Shown in pieces: positions 1 through 7,100 of a stretch of 33,015 bases of DNA. This stretch comes from a virus (Duplodnaviria > Caudoviricetes), in IMG/VR virus record IMGVR_UViG_3300049828_000097, positions 1-33,015 of that record; one strand, 5' to 3'. Every line of letters begins with the position of its first letter. The stretch's first letter is position 1. The position numbers were made by a program, and so were the translations under genes. The notes below the pieces were generated by a model. It was not told the DNA's origin. It did no database searches and saw nothing but the letters and a program-made list of their open reading frames with translations.

Positions 1-213
1 GTCCAGAGATTTATTGGGTTCATCCTCGTCTCTTGCATCATTGGCTGGTCCGCTTTCAAGGGGCAAGTAGCGACAGGTCTTACGGAACTGGTTTTGGTAT
101 ACCTGTCCTACATCGTAGGCGCACGCTTCGCGAGTCAATTCGCGTGGCAGAAGGAGAATAAGGATGGCAATTCCTCTGGTAGTACCGCTAGTAGCGAACT
201 GGCTAAAGAGTAA
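1..213 (+). CDS. 5'-truncated membrane protein, putative holin
   Basis: Not in the ORF track. Frame 1 is open from base 1 to TAA at 211-213: VQRFIGFILVSCIIGWSAFKGQVATGLTELVLVYLSYIVGARFASQFAWQKENKDG...ELAKE. It has two hydrophobic segments and a charged C-tail, and lies directly upstream of and overlapping the spanin genes. Confidence 0.55.
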   Translation, partial: VQRFIGFILVSCIIGWSAFKGQVATGLTELVLVYLSYIVGARFASQFAWQKENKDGNSSGSTASSELAKE

Positions 214-772
214 CTGGCTCCTTGTTGTGGCTGGCGTTTGTTGGGCTGGTTCCCTCGGCATCACCCTGCACTATGGGTACAAGTGGGGTGCCAGTGGGAA
301 GGAAGCCATCAAGGCTGAGTTCGTCACATACAAGAAGACTCAGGAAGCACAACTGGAAAAGCTCCAAGGACTGAACGCCAAGGACGCTATCATCGCTAAT
401 CAAAAGCTGCGGCAGCAGGAGTATGAAAGGGAAGAGTATGATCGGAAACACAAGCGGCAATTGCTGGCGCTCCGTCAAGAGCTTGATCGTGTTAAGCTCG
501 ATGCTGTTTTTGTCGAGTTGCTCAACGAATCCGCCCGTGGTGGTCGGCCAGAACCAACTCCCCAACCCGGACAGTCCCGAGATGGCGGCCCTGTTCAAGA
601 AGCCGATCCGCCCCAAGGAAGTAACCAAGGCTCCGGAATCAAAGCCCCAAGCCTCTCCCTCTACGATCTTGGAGCGACTGTTCTAGAGAACAACAAGAAC
701 CACAACGAGTGCGTGGATCAGGTAGAAGCTTGGCAGAACTTCTATCGTAACCTCTACGGCAACTTCAAGTAA
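164..772 (+). CDS. rz: Rz-like inner-membrane spanin
   Basis: RBS AAGGAG; N-terminal TM helix (WLLVVAGVCWAGSLGITLHYGY); long coiled coil; Pro-rich linker; C-terminal ENN...C...W segment; contains an embedded lipoprotein ORF in another frame. Confidence 0.7.
   Translation: MAIPLVVPLVANWLKSNWLLVVAGVCWAGSLGITLHYGYKWGASGKEAIKAEFVTYKKTQEAQLEKLQGLNAKDAIIANQKLRQQEYEREEYDRKHKRQLLALRQELDRVKLDAVFVELLNESARGGRPEPTPQPGQSRDGGPVQEADPPQGSNQGSGIKAPSLSLYDLGATVLENNKNHNECVDQVEAWQNFYRNLYGNFK
438..686 (+). CDS. rz1: Rz1-like outer-membrane lipoprotein spanin, embedded in Rz
   Basis: Signal peptide ending in lipobox FLSS-C (SLIVLSSMLFLSSC) followed by a Pro-rich mature part; entirely inside Rz in the +1 frame. 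Start is ATG 438 or ATG 423. Confidence 0.65.
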   Translation: MIGNTSGNCWRSVKSLIVLSSMLFLSSCSTNPPVVVGQNQLPNPDSPEMAALFKKPIRPKEVTKAPESKPQASPSTILERLF

Positions 773-774
773 CC

Positions 775-996
775 ATGTACCCCATCGATAAGCTGCTGAA
801 CTATCTCTACAAGCTGGACGAAGTATCGATTCTAGAGCTTCTGGATCTGTCAACAGAAGACATCTTGGATCGCTTCCGCGACAAAGTAATTGAAAGGCGG
901 GCATACTTGCAGAAGGAAGTGGAGATTATTGACCCGGAGGAACAGGAACTATTTCTAGAGGACGACTACATCGATGACAACGACGAAAGCGAATGA
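775..996 (+). CDS. conserved phage hypothetical protein (LDEVSILELLDLSTEDILDRF type), acidic C-terminus
   Basis: Starts 2 nt after the Rz stop; helical acidic protein resembling small ORFs commonly found beside DUF3310/RNR genes in podoviruses. Confidence 0.75.
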   Translation: MYPIDKLLNYLYKLDEVSILELLDLSTEDILDRFRDKVIERRAYLQKEVEIIDPEEQELFLEDDYIDDNDESE

Positions 997-1237
997 CGTA
1001 CAGATTGGCGGGGATCACTACAAGAAAGGACGTATCCAGCCTTGGGACTACATCCTCGCCAATAACATTGGGTACCTTGAGGGTACCGCTATCAAGTATC
1101 TTACTAGGTGGAAGTACAAGAACGGGGTAGAGGATCTAAAGAAGGCTCGCCACTTCATTGACAAGGCCATTGAGCACTATTATTCGCAAGAAGCCAACCA
1201 AGTTATCCTCTTTGATAAAGATGCTGAACAAGTTTAA
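974..1237 (+). CDS. DUF3310 family protein (T7 gp1.7-like nucleotide kinase / SaV-like)
   Basis: Motifs QIGGDHY, QPWDYI, GTAIKYLTRWKYKNGVEDLKKARHFI are characteristic of DUF3310. Confidence 0.88.
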   Translation: MTTTKANDVQIGGDHYKKGRIQPWDYILANNIGYLEGTAIKYLTRWKYKNGVEDLKKARHFIDKAIEHYYSQEANQVILFDKDAEQV

Positions 1238-1370
1238 GCTGTATCCCATCCAAGGAATGCTGTTCGGCTTGGAGTGGGACTGGGATAGGGGCTGGTTCTC
1301 CATCAACCTCCTAATAATTAAAATCGTATGCTTCTATAATGTGAGATATCCCATTGACACAACTAACTGA
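1221..1370 (+). CDS. small hypothetical protein (49 aa)
   Basis: MLNKFKLYPIQGMLFGLEWDWDRGWFSINLLIIKIVCF... from ATG 1221 fills the gap between DUF3310 and RNR, overlapping both by a few codons. Confidence 0.55.
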   Translation: MLNKFKLYPIQGMLFGLEWDWDRGWFSINLLIIKIVCFYNVRYPIDTTN

Positions 1371-3225
1371 CTATCAACGTTACATCCACCTGAGTAGGTA
1401 CGCACGATATATCGAGAGCGCCGGTAGGCGTGAGACTTGGGAAGAGACTGTCAAGCGGTACTGTGACTTCTGGAAAGAGAAGTACCCGGATCTGTTCCCT
1501 TACCAAGTCGTCTACGACGCTATAGTTAATATGGAAGTCATGCCCTCCATGCGGGCCATGATGACGGCTGGCCCGGCTCTTGATCGGGACAACGTGGCTG
1601 GCTATAACTGCGCATATATCGATGTCGATCATCCTCGTGCGTTCGACGAGATTATGTACATCCTCATGTGTGGTACGGGTGTTGGTTACTCTGTGGAGAG
1701 GGAATATGTTCGAAAGCTTCCTGAAGTTGCTGAAGAAATGCGAGACACGGATACTACAATCGTTGTTGGCGACAGCAAGATTGGCTGGGCGACTGCCCTC
1801 CGAGAACTCATTTCCCTCCTCTACGCAGGGAAGGTGCCAAGGTACGATCTATCCAAGGTTAGACCGTCAGGCGCTCGCCTCAAGACTTTCGGAGGACGAG
1901 CTAGTGGTCCGGGGCCGCTCAAGGATCTGTTCGACTACGCCATCGAGGCGTTCAGAGCCGCCGCAGGGCGGCGTCTGAACGCACTTGAGGTTAGCGATCT
2001 GGTATGTAAGATCGCAGATGCAGTCATCGTTGGGGGTGTGCGGCGGTCTGCGCTGATCTGCCTCTCCAACCTGACGGATGAACGTCTCCGGACGGCGAAG
2101 AGCGGAAATTGGTGGGAGAATTTCGGACACCGTGCCAACGCCAACATCTCCGTAGCCTATTCCGAGATGCCGGATATGAATGTATTCATGCAAGAATGGA
2201 TGGCCCTATATGAATCAAAGTCTGGAGAAAGAGGTATTTTTAATCGCGTTGGCGCACAAGCTAAGGCAAAGCTGGCAGGACGAAGAGATTGGACTTTTGA
2301 TTTTGGAACAAATCCTTGCGGAGAGATTGTCCTCCGACCTAAAGAATTCTGTAACCTGTCAGAGGTTGTTGTTCGAAATCTCGACAATGCTGCAGACCTT
2401 GAACGAAAGGTTGCGGTCGCTACAATCATCGGAACTTTTCAATCGACCCTTACCAACTTCCGATACCTCCGACCCATCTGGAGAAAGAACGTTGAAGAGG
2501 AACGACTCCTTGGAGTCTCCCTCACCGGCATCATGGACTGTCCCGCTATGGCGGGAGTACCCTCAACTGAACTCCTCGCAAGACTCAAAGAGGTAGCCAT
2601 TGAAATCAACAAGCAGTGGGCCGAGGCGCTGGGTATTAATCCTAGTGTTGCTATTACTACTATTAAGCCCAGCGGGACTGTATCTCAACTCGTTGATTCT
2701 AGCTCTGGGATTCATCCTCGTCACAGCCCGTATTACATCCGCACAGTACGAGCCGACAACAAGGACCCCCTCTGCACCTTCCTCAAGCAGCAAGGAGTGC
2801 CTCACGAACCTGATGTCACCAAACCAGAATATGTCACCGTATTCTCGTTCCCCGTACGATCACCAGCAGGGGCAGTCGTACGAGACGACATTACCGCCAT
2901 CGAGCAACTTGAGCACTATCTCGTCTTTGCGAAAGTTTGGTGCGAGCACAACCCTAGTATTACCGTCTACATACGCGAACATGAATGGATGGATGTTGGG
3001 GCTTGGGTCTTCCGGCACTTTAAGGATCTTGGTGGAGTGTCCTTCTTGCCATACTCTGAGCATGTTTACAAACAGGCCCCTTATCAAGAATGTTCCGAGG
3101 AGTTTTACAACGAGGCATTGTCCAAGATGCCGCAAACCATTCACTGGGAAGAGTTTGTCGAGGATGTTGATTCGACAGTCGCTTCACAGGAATTCGCCTG
3201 TGTCGCAGGCGTGTGTGAAATCTAA
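1354..3225 (+). CDS. nrdJ: class II (adenosylcobalamin-dependent) ribonucleotide reductase, monomeric RTPR type
   Basis: Motifs MPSMR, YNCAY, GTGVG, GGVRRSA, catalytic TNPCGEI, FCNLSE, TIKPSGTVS, WCEHNPSITV and a C-terminal redox pair CVAGVCEI; no adjacent beta subunit; TTG start. Confidence 0.93.
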   Translation: MTQLTDYQRYIHLSRYARYIESAGRRETWEETVKRYCDFWKEKYPDLFPYQVVYDAIVNMEVMPSMRAMMTAGPALDRDNVAGYNCAYIDVDHPRAFDEIMYILMCGTGVGYSVEREYVRKLPEVAEEMRDTDTTIVVGDSKIGWATALRELISLLYAGKVPRYDLSKVRPSGARLKTFGGRASGPGPLKDLFDYAIEAFRAAAGRRLNALEVSDLVCKIADAVIVGGVRRSALICLSNLTDERLRTAKSGNWWENFGHRANANISVAYSEMPDMNVFMQEWMALYESKSGERGIFNRVGAQAKAKLAGRRDWTFDFGTNPCGEIVLRPKEFCNLSEVVVRNLDNAADLERKVAVATIIGTFQSTLTNFRYLRPIWRKNVEEERLLGVSLTGIMDCPAMAGVPSTELLARLKEVAIEINKQWAEALGINPSVAITTIKPSGTVSQLVDSSSGIHPRHSPYYIRTVRADNKDPLCTFLKQQGVPHEPDVTKPEYVTVFSFPVRSPAGAVVRDDITAIEQLEHYLVFAKVWCEHNPSITVYIREHEWMDVGAWVFRHFKDLGGVSFLPYSEHVYKQAPYQECSEEFYNEALSKMPQTIHWEEFVEDVDSTVASQEFACVAGVCEI

Positions 3226-3302
3226 GCCGGGATAGCTCAGGTCTGGTAGAGTCCTGTTTTGTAAACAGGGGTGCGTAGGTTCAAATCCTACTCCCGGCAC
3301 CA
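3226..3302 (+). tRNA. tRNA-Thr (anticodon UGU)
   Basis: Acceptor GCCGGGA/TCCCGGC plus ACCA; D arm GCTC/GAGT; anticodon arm CCTGT-TTTGTAA-ACAGG; T arm GTAGG-TTCAAAT-CCTAC; CCA is encoded. Confidence 0.9.
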
Positions 3303-3323
3303 ATAACCAAGAGGAGTAACTAG

Positions 3324-3491
3324 ATGGACTATATTGTGTTTGAATTTGAAGAAGTGAATTACGGGAATGACATCCTTGATGAAGCTATTGAGGAACTGCA
3401 GAATGCTTCGATCACTGCCTTCCTGAATAATTGGAATGCTGATATCGAAGATGCCAGTGATGGGGCGGTGTTTAACGCTCTTCTTTACTGA
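3324..3491 (+). CDS. 55-aa highly acidic hypothetical protein
   Basis: Below the ORF-track cutoff. RBS GAGGAG at 3311-3316, ATG 3324, TGA 3489-3491: MDYIVFEFEEVNYGNDILDEAIEELQNASITAFLNNWNADIEDASDGAVFNALLY. Confidence 0.7.
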   Translation: MDYIVFEFEEVNYGNDILDEAIEELQNASITAFLNNWNADIEDASDGAVFNALLY

Positions 3492-3909
3492 TATCTACAA
3501 GCTTCTGTAGATCGTTGAGACGGTTCAGCCAGCCACGGAGATACTTCTTCATGGTTGGCTGACCAGCTAGATTGATGTAGTGGTTCTTCCTGAAGGCCAT
3601 AAAATCATCGATACCCTCCGACTGTTTGAGCCATTTGAGAGCACGACCTACACCACAATTAACCGCAGTGTCAAAGACCACGACGTTGTACGGGTACTCA
3701 AGTTCCGAGCACCCGGCCTTAGCCCAGTAGTCGTTGTAGTAGATGTAAACGGCGTCAATCATCTTAAGGTTGGCGATGTCGAGATGTGGATACGCCCGCT
3801 TTGAAATGCCGTACTTCGTCTCTCCACCCGGATCATCGGGATCGTCGACATAACCTCCCTCCCATTTAAGTACAAACTGGAAGCCCTTCTTGAAGTCTTG
3901 TAGGTTCAT
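3472..3909 (-). CDS. endolysin, glycoside hydrolase family 108 with short C-terminal peptidoglycan-binding segment
   Basis: EGGYVDDPDDPGGETKYGIS catalytic motif, FDTAVNCG, C-terminal YLRGWLNRL. Confidence 0.93.
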   Translation of the reverse strand: MNLQDFKKGFQFVLKWEGGYVDDPDDPGGETKYGISKRAYPHLDIANLKMIDAVYIYYNDYWAKAGCSELEYPYNVVVFDTAVNCGVGRALKWLKQSEGIDDFMAFRKNHYINLAGQPTMKKYLRGWLNRLNDLQKLVDISKEER

Positions 3910-4196
3910 TTACCCTTTTGCGAGCTATAGAAATCTTTACGGAGATCGCGGAGTTCTTCCTTGATCTCGGCAGTCTGAGCGCGAATCTCGTTCTTCAGAT
4001 CTACCGAAAGTTCCTTCATCGTCGCATCCTGTTTATGGTCGATTACTTCTTGACGGATAACAGATGCCTTAGCATCTATCTCCATCCTCTCTAGTCTCCA
4101 ATTCATAGTAGCCCAAGCACCAGCCAAGGCGCAGACCACGCCCCCAAAATATAGCCAGTCTTTGAAAGTGAATGATTTGAAATCAGGCATGGACAT
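3906..4196 (-). CDS. putative holin / membrane protein (1 TM plus coiled coil)
   Basis: TM segment WLYFGGVVCALAGAWATM followed by a charged coiled coil; ATGA overlap with the endolysin start. Confidence 0.55.
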   Translation of the reverse strand: MSMPDFKSFTFKDWLYFGGVVCALAGAWATMNWRLERMEIDAKASVIRQEVIDHKQDATMKELSVDLKNEIRAQTAEIKEELRDLRKDFYSSQKGK

Positions 4197-7100
4197 TATT
4201 CTTGTTCCTCTGGTGCGGGCACCCCAGCAGGGAAGAGAAGCTCTTGCCGCATTTTATGTTGTACTTGTGCAGATGTACTCTTAGAGAGAGCACGCTTAGT
4301 ATGTTTATCCAGACGACGACGAGCTATCTCGGCGGCAACCCTCTTCTCATAACTAGAAGGATCAGTCCCAGTCTCCTGCAGTAGTTGCCTAACCCTCTTC
4401 ATCAGGTCTTCTTGATTAAGGGAAGAAGGCAAGCCTTCAATCAGATCCGCATGAAGCTTGACCAGATGAGTCATTCGCTTCTTATTCTTTGCAGTTACCC
4501 GATCTATCTCCCGCTCTACAGCACGTTCCTTCCGTTCAGAAATAGAATGCTTCCCGCTAAGTACGAGGGAGATTATATCTTCTGGAGTACGCTTAGTCAA
4601 TCCCTCGACCGAGGTCGACTTAAGGCCACGGCTCATATCCCAATCCGTCATGAATCCCTCTACAACGGGATGCAGGACATTGGGGGTGAGCTTCCTAGTG
4701 GGCTCATAGAAGTCCGTCACTGACGGGGGATAGATGCCCGATCCGGGGATCTGGGCCAAACCAGCTTGAGCCGTAAGTCCAACCACTTGGCTGATTGCCT
4801 TCCAGAAAGGCAGAATGGCAAAAGATCCGGCGTCATCAATATTAACTGCTCCCATGCTGGGAGAGAAATTAATGCCGTTCCCAAAGCCGAACAGCTTAAA
4901 GATCTGGGACGGGGCACCATAGATCATGATGTCAGGAGCATTGGCTTTAAGCATCCCCACTTCCAGCGTCGGAAGATCCAGTTCTCCGGGGAACATATAG
5001 TTAATGGCGTTAATCAACATATCGTATTCCCCGGCCAGAGGAATACCCGAAGCTCCAGCCAACGCCATGAACGTAGCCATCGTAGTCATCAGAGGCTTGG
5101 CTGCTTCCAGCTTGTTAGGATGATTAGCCAGCGTCTTGACCATCAGATACATATTGCCGAGGAAGGCATTACGGAACACGGCAAACGGAGCCATGGCCTC
5201 GCCAGTCATACCTAGGTTCTGGTACATGAGAGGACGGGATGCCCGGTCGTAGTTGACCATAGTCATACCCATGACCAGACGAGCAGCCTCATAAGCTTGA
5301 TGCTCGTTCATTCCTTTGTTGAGATAGAAATCAAAGGCAGTCAGGAAACTCTTCTCCCGACCATGGCGTTCCACCATAGCGTTGACTTCCCCGGTCCTAT
5401 CCCATCCCTTCTGGATAGCGCCAAGAATAGGCACATCACTGAAGAGGCCACGATTCTCACCACGGATTTCCATATCCAGCAGAGGATCGACAATATGGTT
5501 CACCCGAGCCTTCTCCAAGGCGTCGTAGTAAACCTTATCCAGCTTGTCCGAATCCTTGGAGTTCATCTTGATGAAGGACTTCAGAGCTCCCGAAGAATCT
5601 CCTCCAGAGACAGTCTCCATATACTGGATCATAGCTACCGTATGCACCTTCTGGAGGTAGTTAGCCATCCAGTTAGCGGGGTTCACACGAAGCTTGATAG
5701 TTGCCAAGGCATTCCGCGTAGCACGGACAAAGTGCCGAGCAAGGTTCGGATCTAGGCCAGCCGTAACCATCACAGACCGGAGGCTGTTGTCCACCCACTC
5801 CAGATGGTTGAGGTTCTTGCCCAAGAAGTTCTTGCCATGCTGCTCAAGGATCTTATAGGTGTTGTCCAGAGGAAGCACCTTCTTTCCATGGCGGGTCTGA
5901 GTATCGACAAGCTTAGTCTGCAGCCCCATCAGAGGAGCATAGACATTCTCCATGAACATCACGTTGCGGTACGACTCAGCCACATCCTTGAAGTACTTGT
6001 CGTAGATGTGCAGGGCATTGCTCTCACCAAAGAGCTTAGCCTTCATCCGAGTCCACGTACCATCGTAGGGATTCACACCACCCGTGCCACCAAACTCCCC
6101 CTCAAATCCGCGTACATCATCACGGGTCTGCATATGCTTATCCCAATGGGCGTAAGCCATATCCTCAGCCTGTTGCGTCTTGAGGGCAATACCGTTCTTA
6201 TCCGCATCCATCAGGTTGAGGTGGGCGTCGAGGTGATCCTTGAAGTTCTGGAGCAGACCATTACCAACATCATCCCAGCGGAAGACACGAACGTTACCCC
6301 CAGTGCGAGGATCAGGAGCAATCTCCAATCCCTGATTCATCATCTCGGTGGCAAACTTGTTGGCGTACATGCGGGTCTTGAATCCACGTACCAACACAAC
6401 ACGCTTCACCGGGGTACCATCTACATTGGTACCTACCTGTTCTACAACATGGACCTTATAAGGACCAAGGTGGTAGTGCGGCATATAGCCGGGAATACGG
6501 GGGATAGTCTTCCCAGTAAGCTTCATACTGAGCATGTTGAGAACGTTGAACGCATTGTCCGTAGCGCGTGCCAGACCTTGATAGCCAGCGATCTGTTCAG
6601 GGGTGAGCCCCTGCGCACGCAGCATGTTCTCATCAGGCCAGTTGATCTTGTGGAGCATCAGTTCCCTACGACCAGCAAGAGAGTCGTAGTGAGCAGCAAT
6701 GTCCATGACCCGAGCCTGATCCTTCTTGGGAAGCTTATAGTATTCCTTGGCGTCCTGCGTCTTCAGTTGGTGGTAGATCTTGTCGCCCTCGTGGGCGTAC
6801 CGAGCCATCTGGTCAAGGCCATACTTGACGAGCCTGCCGCCAAGACCACCATCCTGCGCAGCAAGAAGGCGAATGGTGAGAGGGTTAAGGAACATACGAG
6901 CAAAGCCATTCAGCTTGAAGTCCCTAACCGCAGTATCGGCCTCGTCCTTGAAGAACTCATCGACAGTACGATCATCGTAGCCAAGCTTTTTCTTGTCTCC
7001 CGGAAGATCCTTGATGGTCGCCAAACTATCCCGAAGAGTCTCGGCATACCAGTCCTTGCGTTCCCACAGAGCTCGGCTCTTTTCCCGAGTCCACTTCGCC

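Noticed and set aside
2600-3235. 211-aa alternative-frame ORF in nrdJ with a hydrophobic N-terminus
   Set aside because: Lies wholly over the conserved RNR catalytic region, TTG start without a clear RBS; apparent TM segments are frame artefacts.
3226-3302. tRNA as a prophage attachment site
   Set aside because: Phage genes lie on both sides, and there is no integrase or duplicated tRNA 3' end in the window.
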